DNA of 61,229 nucleotides, filler included, from Bonamia ostreae (GCA_040357525.1; 16 parts of 16 records of this genome joined end to end with filler, not necessarily neighbours in it), one strand, 5' to 3'; positions 24,480 to 37,114 are shown, counted from the whole stretch's first letter. Notes: generated by a model from the sequence alone, not told the origin. Numbers and translations: made by a program.

Positions 24480-25349
24480 CTAGTTCCTCTTGTTTAGCAT
24501 CTCCATTAGCTCCTCGTGACGGCGTAGGGCGCTCATCGTCATGCTGAAAATCTCCATTGCCGAACTGCGTCCTTCGATTCCCACCGGAGCAGACTCCATT
24601 CGTACGCGCGGGAGAGACGGAGGCTTTGCCTTTATCGCGTGGATATGTCCCTCAACATGTGCCTCGTAGCCCCTTTCGGTCTCAAAGTTCTTCTGGCAGA
24701 CATCACAGCGCAACGTCGGCCGCCGATCTGCAAAGTCTCTTTGTGCCGGCGTCGCTTGCGAAACTGGAAAGTCATTCTTTTTGCTGCGACAATTAGCGCA
24801 GCTGCACTTTTCATGGCATGAAGGGCAGACCCATGCGCCACTTCAAATTAAATAAAAAACTCTATTTTGAGCTTCTCTGGCGTGTAAAACTTTTCGAGAC
24901 AGCGTTTGCAATATTTCTTTTTGCAGTTCTTTTTCATTGCAAAAAATTTAATTTTTTCAAAAGTTGGTCAAAAATTGTAAATTAACCTTGTTAACGCCGG
25001 ATCCAAGTCGAATATTTTTTGAAGACTTTTCACAGCCGCGAAGGTCGGAAAGCGGCTGCAAAGATTTGCATTGATGGCAACTTTTCCCGTAAACTAAGAA
25101 TTGATTTATTTAACGAGAAGCATTAGCTTGGATTTCGCGAACGGAGGCTTTACGGGCGGGAATCAGTTTTCTTTTGACGTTGTCGTAAAACGGTTTTATA
25201 TCCTCTGCCCGGGATGGCGGAATGAATTTTCCTCCCGTTAGAATCGCTCCTCGCCTCAAAAAATCGACGGAAGCAGATTCTCGCTGCGGCTCTTGTTTTG
25301 ATTGCTCTAAATTGCGAATTTGTTCAAAATTTAGATATTTTTGGGACAT
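24480..25349 (-). CDS. zf-4CXXC_R1 (CDCA7-type) zinc-finger protein with a C-terminal C2H2 finger
   Basis: Removing introns 25094-25114, 24929-24986 and 24841-24860 gives GKSCHQCK...CKKKYCKRCLEKFY...WVCPSCHEKCSCANCR, followed by CDVCQKNF...HVEGHIH. Confidence 0.85.
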
Positions 25350-25768
25350 TTTGACAGAAAATGAATTGTGATGATATGTTGACGAAATGTTGATTTATTG
25401 GAGAGTGTCTAAATAATCGGCAGATTATGAAGTTCTATTGTTTGTTTGCTCTTTAAATCGAGGGCTGATTTAAAAAAGTAATTTCCGTTTTTGTAAAAAC
25501 GGCTGTTTTTTTTGTAAAAATAAATACGTTGTTTTCAAAAAATGACAAAAATCTTTTAGAAATTTTATCTTCGATTATTTTGCAATAAAAAGGAAAATAT
25601 TGATTTTTTTGCAATTTTATTTTCAATTATTTTGTATTAAAATAGAAAATATTTTCAATCTTTTTGTGATAATAAAACGACAATACATTTTTAAAATTTT
25701 TAAATCATTATTGATTAGACAATTACAAATAGCTTTAAAAATATAAAAATATTTTTTATTAAATTTCA

Positions 25769-26865
25769 TCACGTCCGACCAACTCTTCTCTGAGAAAACA
25801 AATCACCACCAATTCCTGCTTCTTCATTCAAATACACCGTCTTCATTTTCTTTGAAGCCAATCCAATATTCTGCCCATCCACCGACAAACGGCAATTTAT
25901 TATTTTGTTCATCAAAATAGCTGAGCTGACAGGAATTCCTTGGACGCATTCTTTCGGAGGCAATTTTTGCAATAATCGCTTTAAAGCGATCGGTAAATCT
26001 CCTTTCCATCCTCTTTCCAATGTTTTTCTGTTCGTCCATTCTATTAAAAACGGCGTTCCAGGTTTTATTTCTATCAACTTTTTTTTTGAATTTTGTAATT
26101 TTTTATTAATTTTTTGATTTTTCACTTTTTTTTTAATTTTGTCCTTTTTTATTATATTTTTTGTCGATTTTTTTATTGTTTTTTCACTTTTTTTTTTAAT
26201 TTTGTAATTTTTTATTAATTTTTTGTCGATTTTTTTATTGATTTTTCACTTTTTTTTTTAATTTTGTAATTTTTTATTAATTTTTTGATTTTGATTTTTC
26301 ACTTTTTTTTAATTTTGTCCTTTTTTATTATATTTTTTGTCGATTTTTTATATCAAATTTTCACTTTTTTTTTAATTTTGTTTTTTTTGATTTTCAATAA
26401 TCAAAAATTCAGAAAAACCGACTCAGAACGCGGCGTTATAAATTTTGTGACACCTTTGAAAGTGTAAGATTTTGGTTTCGTCGGTTTGAATATCGATTTG
26501 CTTTCGATCGGAAGATCTTGTACTTTCGCGTGGAGCACTTTTTCTGTTTTTCAAATAAATTTTTTTTGAATATTTATTTTGAAATATTTTAATAAAATTT
26601 GCTATTTTTTAATCAAATTTTAGCCAGCTAACCCATTGTCGTGAAAAAAGAAGATGGACAGATTTGTAAATTTAGAAAAGAATATCTTTTCAATTCGTTA
26701 ATTTTCTTTTTAGTCTCTTTTTATTATAAAATTTTGTAAAATTTAGTCGATATTTAACCAAAATGGACCTGGCAATTTGAGAGTTTTGGCTCTTCGGTTA
26801 TTGAGTGATTTGACGGCTTTCAAGTCTGTGCAATTTTTCGACTCGAATTTGATGTACTTTTCCCA
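25769..26865 (-). CDS. 5'-partial hypothetical protein
   Basis: Coding-like terminal exon 25769-26080 preceded by a repeat-rich intron and further upstream exons. Confidence 0.45.
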
Positions 26866-26965
26866 NNNNNNNNNNNNNNNNNNNNNNNNNNNNNNNNNNN
26901 NNNNNNNNNTTAATTAATTAANNNNNNNNNNNNNNNNNNNNNNNNNNNNNNNNNNNNNNNNNNNN

Positions 26966-28413
26966 TTAGACAATTTTTGTGGAATGTTAGTAGCGCAAAA
27001 ATCTGATGTGATCCAATCGATTTTGGACTATATTGGAGTTTACAAATTTTAATAAATAAGGAAATTATTGCTTTCAAATCTGTTAAACATGCGAAAATGA
27101 AATGGAATCGATTGGAAAAACCGATTTTGTTATTAAACGAAATCGTTTTTAAACTTTTATAAACGGAAATTATAAAATTTGCAATTTTAAATAATTATCC
27201 AATATTCATTTTAATAGACAAAGTTGATTTTTTATGGATTAAAAATTTCCGATGAGCAAAAAAATGAAGAAATTTACGAAAAGTACTTTTTGATGTTAAA
27301 GACTTTAATGAAAAATTTTGTTGTCTTTGATTATTCCAGATTTCTGTTAAGAGAATATAAAGAGACTTTAAATTCGATCGAGTTTTTGATAAATAAAAAT
27401 GAAATTTTTGCGATAAAATTTGATTAACAAAAAATTGTAAATTTGATAAAAAAAGTTATCTAAAAACGTTGATAGAACTAAATCACTTTTTGATCTGTTT
27501 AGGAAAAATGGTTTCCGATGAAGAAAACGACAATTTTGCAATTTCAGCCTTTTTATCAACAAACTCGTCAATTTTCCAAAATAATCAAAATTTGGCCAAA
27601 CAGACGAAGAATTCTGACTTAAATAAATTTTTGACCAAAATTCCAAAATTTGAAGTTATTTCGAACAAAAATTTTGAGCGGAAAATTTCTTTGTTTTGTC
27701 ATATAAATGTTTTTTGATAAATTAAAAAGATAATTTGGAACTACATGAAATTGCTAAATTTTAAAAAGAAAAATTCTGACAAAATTTTGTTAAATTTCTT
27801 TTTGCTAATTGCGGACGGTTTGAACAAAAAAGCGATTTTTTACAGACCGCTTTATATTCAAAAATTTCAAGTTTTGCTAAGCCGCAAAGACGTTGTTTTT
27901 GGCGAATTTGCCAAAAATATAATTGATTCACTTTTTAGTGATCTGAAAAAATATCCGTTTTTATCTGCTAAATTTTAAAGATTTTTAGCAAAAATCGAAA
28001 ATAGATCAAATTAAAAATTGCAAATTTAAAGATTTTTAGTTGTCGAAATGTTGTTCGGGATCAACAAACGAAAAGCGACAAAAATAGAAAACAATGATTT
28101 CGAAGAAACAGACAGTGAACAAATTGCCAACGAAGACGAGTTTCTGTTCATCGACCAAAATTTCCCCAAAAAAGACGAACAGATTTATGAAGACAGTGAT
28201 CAAGATTTCAATTTAAAATTTGTTCGAAAATTGAAAAAAATCAAAAATTTGAACGAAGACAATAAAAATTTGAACGAAAATAATAAATATTTGAACGAAG
28301 ACAATAAAAATTTGAACGAAAATAATAAAGAATTAGATGAGAGCAATGGCGACAACGAGAAAATTTTTTTTATTGAAGATGAAAGCGAGAAAAATGAAAT
28401 TGAATTTGAATAA
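26966..28413 (+). CDS. 5'-partial multi-exon helical protein with an acidic repetitive C-terminus
   Basis: Successive + strand ORFs linked by short introns; NLNEDNK repeats at 28250-28330. Confidence 0.45.
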
Positions 28414-28817
28414 ATTTAGAAATTTTAGTTTTCTACATCAAAACAATTATATTTCAATTGTTTTACAAGTAATCTTGTTATTGTGCAAAGAAGTTCTTCT
28501 TACTAGAAAACATAAATTTTGGTCACTTTTAACGACATCTTTTAACAGGAAATTATCATTTTTTAATTGAGTCTATGCATCTGATGACAAATATGTTCTT
28601 TATTGCATTCAAAAGAGAAAAATTGAAATGCGCGCAATTTTTTGAACATTTAATTGTAAATCGAAAGAAAAACGAAAACGTTTTGACACAATTTTTATCA
28701 TTTTTATACATTTTATGAAGCAATTTTTGTAATTTTTGATTAGATAAAAAAATGTTTCTTCTTTAACGAAGTACAAGAAGATAAGTTTGTAAGATGTTTA
28801 ATAACACAACAAGATAT

Positions 28818-29249
28818 TCAATAATACAGCAAATGTTTCTTATCGTCTTTTCTCAATAAAAATTTTTCTAAAGATGTTAAATAGAGCCGTAAATTCGATT
28901 TGAATATAGATAAGTTTTCTTTATCATTTTGCAATTCAATTAATTTTATTTTAATATCCTTGGTATCCATATCATCATTTATATCGTCTTTTATAGATAC
29001 ATCGTATATGATGATGCAATATAAAAATAACCAATATTTTTTAAAATGAGGAAATAAATCGATTTTATTTTGAAATGTATTATTCAAATTTTGAATTTCA
29101 TCAATAATTTCATCTTTTTCCAAACGATTTATTTTGGTTTTAAAATTTGAAATTTCTTCTGCAATAATTTTTGCTTCTTTGTTAATAGAATCCATCTTAA
29201 TTCGCGGTTTAACTTTAAAATTCTTTATTTTTGCAATAATTTGTGACAT
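28818..29249 (-). CDS. Hypothetical coiled-coil protein
   Basis: 143-aa ATG-initiated ORF. Confidence 0.4.
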   Translation of the reverse strand: MSQIIAKIKNFKVKPRIKMDSINKEAKIIAEEISNFKTKINRLEKDEIIDEIQNLNNTFQNKIDLFPHFKKYWLFLYCIIIYDVSIKDDINDDMDTKDIKIKLIELQNDKENLSIFKSNLRLYLTSLEKFLLRKDDKKHLLYY

Positions 29250-30049
29250 TTTGATACTTTTTGGGTTAACTTTAATTCGCGTTTAACAAAATTAATAACT
29301 TTTGATATTTAATTGAAATTTCTTGTTTAAAACCAGTTTTTAAACATTAAAATTGCCGTTTTTAAGCATTAGCGATTTTGTTAAAATTAAATTCTATTTT
29401 TAAAAGTAATTTACTTTTTTTAAGATAAAAACGAAGTTCAAAAAGATTTAATAACCGAGAATGTAATATTAGCAGTTTTTTAATCTAAAAAAACTGAGAC
29501 CAATTCTAATTCTAAGATTGCTGAGAAGGATGGACATAAAGAAATAAAGAATTTGATCAATTATTTTTTGAAAATTCTAATTCAACAACAAAAATTAATT
29601 TTAATGAGACTATTTTCCCTGCACTCTTTTTTGAACAAAAGCGCACAGATTTTATTAAAAATGGAGTCGATGAGATAAATTATTTAAACGAAAAATATTC
29701 ATCTATTTAATTGATATGTTTACAAAAGTTAAAAATTACAAAAATTGACATTTAGATCAGTAAAGAGAAAAAATTGTAAAAAAGATTCGCAACGCTTAAC
29801 TAATAAATAACCGAAAAAAATGTTTAGAAAAACATTGGATAACATAAACCATTGCCAGAATTATTGTTGCAACGACGGTTACAACCAATTCCAGTTATTT
29901 TAAAAATTTTCAATAGCAAAAAATTTCAGAAAAACGATAAATCGAAAAAACGAAAATTAACTTTACGAATTAAAAATGGTTTAAAAAGAAAAATTAGATT
30001 TGTTGGAAGATTGTTACATCGATTTAATTATGTTTATTCAATCAGCAAT

Positions 30050-30691
30050 TAAATGTTTTGTCTCTTTTGTTTCAGCAATTTTTAATGTCATTTGTTCAAC
30101 GAAAATTGTTTAAATTCAAAAAATTACAAAAATAAAAATGTTGATTTAAATGATTTTTCAAATGAATTTTGGCATCAAAAATTTTTTCGCAAACAGGACA
30201 TTTTATTTTTTTCACAATGTGACTTTTTTCGTGTTCTTTTAATAAATTTCTATTTGCAAAATTGATTCCGCACAGAGCGCACTTAAAATTTTTAATTGAT
30301 TTGTGGATTTCGGAATGTCTTTTCAACTTTTGGTGACTGTCAAATTCGATTTCGCATTGCCAACATTTAATCTGAAAAATATTATTTTATAAAAATCAAA
30401 TTTTTACAAAAAAATTTTACATTTTCAGTGCGTTTCTTCTCTTTCATTGTTCTAATTTTTTCCAATTCGATAAAAGACATATTTTTCAGTCTCCCTTCTT
30501 TGTGAGAAACCAGATGAATCTTAAGAGATATTTTCTGTCGAAAAGTTCTTTTGCAAATTTGACACTCGAATGGCTTGACGCCTTCATGAATTTTCAAATG
30601 GGTTCTCATGTTTCCTCTTTCTCGAAACGGCTTGTAACAGACATCACACAAAAATGGCTTTTTGCCTGTGTGCACTCGGTTATGTCGACCT
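30050..30691 (-). CDS. Multi-C2H2 zinc-finger protein (5'-partial)
   Basis: HTGKKPFLCDVC...HLKIHEGVKPFECQIC, plus further CxxC...HxxxH fingers. Confidence 0.9.
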
Positions 30692-30896
30692 NNNNNNNNN
30701 NNNNNNNNNNNNNNNNNNNNNNNNNNNNNNNNNNNTTAATTAATTAANNNNNNNNNNNNNNNNNNNNNNNNNNNNNNNNNNNNNNNNNNNNAGGTTGTGG
30801 TTGCAAACTAAAAAAAACCAAACAAAAACCAAACAACAAAAACAATTTTTTTAAAGATAACAAATAAAAAGATAAGTACAAACCGAAAATTAATAA

Positions 30897-31630
30897 TGGG
30901 GTTTAACAGAACGTATTTGAATATTCTGAAAACAAACATTGGTGTTGAAATGTTCATTTTTGTGGGATTGTTCATTTCCACCGGTCATTTCCAACTATTC
31001 TTCAGAAGTTTTTTATTATTTTGTTTTTAAGATGCGAAAACGTTTTTGATTAGACTTCAACAAAATATTTAAATTTTGTAATAGATTTTGTCAAATCAAA
31101 TTATTTTAAAACTAAAAAGTGAACATATTGTCGGCTTCAACAATTGCCTTTTTCTCGCTATATATGGCGGGATGCTATTATTTTATTTATCGATACAAGA
31201 CTTCAAAAAGACATAAAACGTACATGAATATAATTTCAATACCTTTAATATATTTAATTATCCAAAGCGGTTTTTTTAATAAATTTTATTATCAGAATTC
31301 AACTTTTTGTCAATTTTTGTTTTTATTATTATAAAAAGTCGATTATTAACAAAATTCAACTTTTTGCAATTTTTTTATTTTAATAAATCGATTATTATCA
31401 AAATTCAACTTTTTGCAAATTTTTGTTATTATTATAAAAACTCAATTTTTGATTATTCAACTAATGGATTTTTAGCAATCATCATGTATCAAAACATATC
31501 AGCTAATGGATTTTTCAAATTTGGGTCAATTCGAAGTTTTGCTACTCAGTTTTTGCTTCTTATAAACATTATTGCTTTGTGTGTCAATTTTACTCTTCCT
31601 TTGACTTTATTGTTTTTGGAGCGTTATTAA
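30897..31630 (+). CDS. Small multi-pass membrane protein
   Basis: ATG at 30897 and three hydrophobic exons separated by GT-AG introns. Confidence 0.5.
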
Positions 31631-31692
31631 ATTTGAGTAAAATTTTATTGCTTTTTATACAAAGTTATGTACACTTGAGCGCATCAATATAA

Positions 31693-32807
31693 CTAAATTT
31701 TAATTTTTTGAATTGATCTTGATTCTATTCTAAAATCTTCATCATCCTCTGGATTTATTCTAATTGCCTTTAATCTTGAAACGCCTCTACTCGATAGTTG
31801 CTCAAACGTTTCACTTTTTTCTATAAATTCTCTTAAGATATAATCTGTATTAAAAGCATGAAATATTCTCGTCTCTTTCACTCGAAACAAAACATCTTTT
31901 AAATTTTTTAGTTAGATTTCTATTAACCGTCAACACGAACAAATAGTTTTATCAAGCTAAGGAAAAAATCGTCCATCACTCTCGTTTTAGTTAACATAAC
32001 TGAAATTCCGTTATCGTGGAGCTCATCTTCGAATAAAATGACGGAAGAGAACCATAATATTTTGTCTCTTTTCTTTTTAGTCTCGTCATTATAATAGGAC
32101 ATTTAAATTGATGTTTATGGAATTAGTTTTGGAATTAATTTTTTTGCAATTTACGTTTTTGTGAATTTATTGACATTTGCTTATTTTGAATTCTAATATC
32201 ACAACAATGTCAAAATAGGCAAATGTTTATGTACTGGACATAATTAAATGAAGCTTAAAAGATTTGCAGATATATCTAAATTGGGTAATATAACAAATCG
32301 AATAAAAATGGCTTAATAAAATAAAATTATAAATAAACAAAAACTTAACAAAACAATATTAAAAACTACAATTTATTGAGAAATATAAACCTCCAAAAGC
32401 TTAATATCAATAATGTCGGCGGTCTCAACAAATAACGACGCGCAGTCTACAAATTTGTTATTAGACATCGATTTAAAAGTGCCTTTGTACGGAGAAGAAA
32501 AGGTCCAATCAAAATTTTTGTCTAAAACGTCAAATTTTGACGCGGCAAAATTTTTTGAATATTTTACTTTTGCAAATTCTTTTTTGGGAACGTGTTTGAG
32601 GCAAACGATTGAATCCAAAGGATCAAATCGAATAATAAAATTTGAGTCGTGTGTTAATTGAACGTAATTGTCCCCAAAAAACATTTCCGGCAAAGATGCA
32701 ATGTTTTCTTTGTCTAAAATCTGATCCTTCGTCGTTTCAGACGAAATGGGAGCTTTATTGTCTTTAAACTCCCAGTTTTTGTGTATAAAGGAGTTTGCTG
32801 TGGCCAT
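31693..32807 (-). CDS. TIP41: TIP41/TIPRL PP2A regulator
   Basis: LPEMFFGDN, FDWTFSSPYKGT, ILFEDELHDNGIS; intron 31896-31927 restores RVDDVLFRVKETR. Confidence 0.93.
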
Positions 32808-33016
32808 TAACTAGAAAAATTAGTTTTAATGCGATCGCCTAAAATCGCAGAATTAGCACTTCGTTATTAAACTGTGTAGAAATGCAACAACACTAAAAAT
32901 GCACACACAAAACATTTAGACCATCAACAAACATATCCAAACTGCTAAACAAAATTAGTCAAAACATTTAAAGGCTACAAACATTTATTCAAAAATTAGT
33001 CAAAATTAGACAAAAA

Positions 33017-33583
33017 ATGAAACCGAAACATTTATTCTATTTAAAACATGCAAAAGGTTTCAGGGGAAGACGCAAAAACTGTTATCGCATAGCGCGAAAC
33101 GCCGTTGAAAAATCTTGGCTTAAAGCTTATATAGGCCGAAAAGAAAAAAAGCGCTACGCGAAAAGAAGTTGGATTCAAACCATCAACGCAGCTACACAAG
33201 AACAAGGAATCAAGTACAGTCGATTCATTAACGGCACTTTTTTCAAATTTTCCAAAAATAATTTTTCAAAATTTTTGTAAAAATATTTTTTTGAAGCTTT
33301 GAAACTGTCAAATATTTTTTTGAACCGAAAAATGTTAGCCGAAATTGCAGTGCAAGAGCCTTTATCGTTCAAGGCGGTAGTTGACCAGACGATATTAATA
33401 AGCGGCGAAAAAAGCAAAATCGACAAAAATGCGAAAATCGAAACGGCTCCGATAATTAAAGCGCTCGAAATCAAATTAAAAAACACGAAAGAAATTTTGG
33501 AGAACAAACAAAATTTAGACGAAAATTTTGAAAAAACGAAGAAAACTAAAAAACGACAAAAACCGAAAAATAGTGAAAATTAA
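33017..33583 (+). CDS. MRPL20: Mitochondrial ribosomal protein bL20
   Basis: AKGFRGRRKNCYRIA, AYIGRKEKKR, WIQTINAA; GC-AG intron 33234-33296 restores YSRFINALKLSNIFLNRKMLAEIA. Confidence 0.93.
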
Positions 33584-33919
33584 AAATTTTTAATCTCGAT
33601 TTTTGTCATTTTGTCAATATTTGCGTACAATTTTGATATTCTTTGAGATTTGTAAGTAATTTTGTTTGAAATGCCTTTTTTAAAATAATCAAAATTTTGA
33701 AAAATTTGTTTTAATTTTTTTAGAATCGAAAAAACTTGATTTTTTGGATTGAATGGCATTAGTCAAAATGATGTTACCGAACCCGTCAATACAAAAAATT
33801 TTTCCGGTCAAAACTCTCTGGTCGGCCATGCGAATTTTAGCCGTTTTCCCCAAAAACGAATTGATTTCTTCTGTTAGACTCAATTTGGAGTTTTCATCTA
33901 GTTTTTTTGTTTCTGCCAT
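33580..33919 (-). CDS. Sm/LSm-fold protein (NAA38/LSMD1-like)
   Basis: Sm1 motif FLGKTAKIRMADQRVLTGKIFCIDGFGNIILTNA; one intron; stop at 33580-33582. Confidence 0.75.
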
Positions 33920-34001
33920 TAAGAAAGCTAAATAACAGATATAATGGATTTTTATATAACAAATGTTGTAATAAATATTTAGCTGGATAAATATTCGTTA
34001 A

Positions 34002-34381
34002 ATGGCTAACAACGAGTTAAAATATTTGACGAAAAAAAGCGTTGAAAAAAACTCTGCTGAAATTTTGGAGAGTTTAAGAGACTTAAAAAGAGAACTGGAG
34101 CCGCAATTGGAAAAGGCGACTTTTACGCAGAAAATTTTGTGTTTAAAATGCTCAATTAAAATTTAGCTGAATCGTCGGAAAAATTGGATTCGGCAAAAAA
34201 TTCATTTCAAAAAGCGTTTATGTCCGCTGACATATCTTCGGGCTATTTACAGAAAATAAAAAGAAGCCTAAAAATTGAAAATATTTTTAGTTTTGTTGGC
34301 TATATTTTCTTTTTACTTTGTGTTCTTTACATTCTGAATAAAAGATTGTACAGTAAATCTTTTTTGTTTTTTCTGATTTAA
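34002..34381 (+). CDS. SEC20: Minimal Sec20/BNIP1-like SNARE
   Basis: Coiled coil and C-terminal transmembrane segment ending VLYILNKRL; 26-nt intron 34141-34166. Confidence 0.6.
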
Positions 34382-34616
34382 TAGAAATATCGACATTTTA
34401 ACGATTTTTTTCGAAATTTTAATGATTTTTGCGATTTAAAGAAATATCGACTATTTTAACGATATTTTCGAAATTTTAAAGATTTTTGTGGTTTAATAGA
34501 AATATGGAAAGTTAAANNNNNNNNNNNNNNNNNNNNNNNNNNNNNNNNNNNNNNNNNNNNTTAATTAATTAANNNNNNNNNNNNNNNNNNNNNNNNNNNN
34601 NNNNNNNNNNNNNNNN

Positions 34617-36555
34617 TTTTAAATTTGATCTGTAAATAACTTTTAAATTTAATCAAAATCGCAAAAGTTGTTATTGTAAATTTGGTAAAGTTGAAAATGT
34701 ATGAACGAACCGAATCCCTGCAAAATTTCATCTGAACCGTGTCCGAAGAGATGAACGCCCAAAACCTTTTCTTCCGGCAACAAACAAACAACTTTGTAAT
34801 TGGTCTTTGGCTTTATCTCTGACAACGCGTAGAGCATGTTCACAAACGTTGATTTATAAGTCTAAATTTACAAAGAATTTTAAAATTTACTTTGATTTTG
34901 TTGCGGCCGAATCTTTTGACCGCTTCATTCTCCGTCAAACCGACTGTTCCGATCGGAGGATGTGTAAAAACGACCGAAGGAACGTTTTCGTAGTCCGTTT
35001 TTCGGTTTTTTTGTCCATCAAATAATCTGTCCGCCAATGCTCTTCCTTGAACAGAAAATGGAATATTTTACGCGAAAAGCAAATTATTAAAATTTTAGGA
35101 ATGGCGAACCGGCAGAGATGGCGACAGGAGTGAGCTGGATTTTCCCGTTGATGTCTCCGAGCGCGTAGACGCCTTTGACATTGGTCTCTTCCCATTCGTC
35201 CGTCTCAAATTCGTTTTTGTTATTCAATTTTAAAGCTGTATTTGAAAGTCCGAGTTGATCAGCGACAGAATGTCTTCCGACGGCGAAAAGAACTTGATCA
35301 AATCTTTTGAAAATATCTCCTTTTGTTGTTTCGATGTCCAGAAAATGGTCGTTTTTTGTGATTTTCGAAAGATTTGTGTTCAATTTTATTTTGATCCCGT
35401 TTGCTGTCATTGATTCTATTAACGAGTTTCTTAACATTTCGTCGAAACTTTAATTTTTGGAAATTGCTTATTTTGCGATTTTTATTTTAAGAAATTGGCG
35501 AGTTATTGATAACATTTTGTAATTTTGGCAATTTTTGTAATAAAACCCTCTTAAAATTTTATCGCCTCTATAAATAACTGTAACTTGCGATCCAAGGCTA
35601 TTAAGAACACACGCGATTTCGTTGCCAATATAACCACCGCCAATAATTGCGATTTTCTTTGGAACTTTATCCATTTTGTTAAAAAAATCATCAGAATTTA
35701 TTGCGTATTCTTTTCCCTTTTTAGCCATTTTAAAAAATTACAGGAATGTTTAATGTGTTCGGTTCTCCTCCTGCTGCGATGACAATAACGGGGGCCGTAT
35801 ATTCGAGACCTCCCGCAACAACAACTTTGTTTTCTTTGAATGTTGCCTTTTGAGAAATCACTTCGACACTAAATTTCAAATTTCAATAATAATGTTCGAA
35901 AAAACTCTTTTGGATAAAGAGTATTAAAGGCAAGCAATGAACCATGTAAACAATTTTTGAACGCGTTAACGTTCAAAAAAAACAATTTGCGATTACTAAA
36001 AACTCAAATCGAAAACGCTAAAACAAAACGACGATAATTAAACAATATTAACGCGTTAACGTTCAAAAAAACAATTTGCAATTACTAAAAACGATAACAA
36101 CAAATATAAACATTTAAAAATACAAAAAACTTGCTATTGTTTAAAAGACGACTGTAAATGCCATTCAGTCTTTCAACGTACGCGTCCCGTTTTCTTTTCA
36201 GAACGCTGTAATTCAAAGTCGGAATTTTGACATCAAATCCATATTCCGGCGCAATCTTAATTGCGTTATGTATCTCCGCACTGTTGTACATTACTTTCTT
36301 TGGCACACATCCGACATTCACGCAAGTGCCGCCGAGACGTTCTATTTTGTATTTTCAAAAAATGTTCAAAATGATTATTGAAATTTGTTCAATATGACAT
36401 AAAATCGTTTGCACATAAAAACTGTATTCAAATAAAGCCACTTTTTTGCCATAACTAGCCGCTCTTCTCGAACACGCAACGCCGCCTTTTTTTTGTTCAT
36501 TTGTTTTTAATTAACCGGATCCGCCGCCAATTACAAGCAAATCAAACTTTCTCAT
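34617..36555 (-). CDS. GSR: Glutathione reductase (3'-partial)
   Basis: [67 protein letters not shown]. Confidence 0.96.
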
Positions 36556-37114
36556 TAGAAATTTTAAGCAAATTTAGTTATCCCGATTGTTTAATATATA
36601 ACAATAAAATCAAAGACAGTCTTTGCACAAATTCACAGCTAAAATTAAAATTTTTCTAATTTGGTAAAAATAACGGAAATCGATGATAAAACGACAAAAT
36701 TTTGAAAAATGGAAAGTCGCCCGTTAATGCAGAAATATATTTTACGAAGAAATTTAATTAATCTCTTCAAATTTCCATATTTTAGCGGAGACTTTCGAAG
36801 ATCTGTCGTTTTAGCATTTTACCCTTTTCTAGATACGATTTATTGCATGTGTTGCGAGTTAACATTTGTGGCTAATTTTTTATTTAAATTTTATTCGATA
36901 AAAGAAAAAATTGCAATTTTTTTCGATAAAAGAAAAAAAATTTGTTGAATATTAAGAAAAATAATGTTTCAATAGACCAACAACTTTAAATAGTCAAATG
37001 CCTCAATAATAAATCATTTTGAACGAAATGTCTGAAACAGTCAATGAATAATAATAAATGTTTCGCACACAAAAATTTTTAAAATTTTTTATAAAAAAGA
37101 GGGCAAGAAATTTA

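Noticed and set aside
29514-29580. KIAEKDGHKEIKNLINYF resembling half an ankyrin repeat
   Set aside because: It is too short and has no supporting ORF, so it could be chance.
23398-36555. Stop-codon reassignment, programmed frameshifts or pseudogenes suggested by broken ORFs
   Set aside because: Every break examined in conserved genes is explained by a short intron, and TAA, TAG and TGA all act as terminators.
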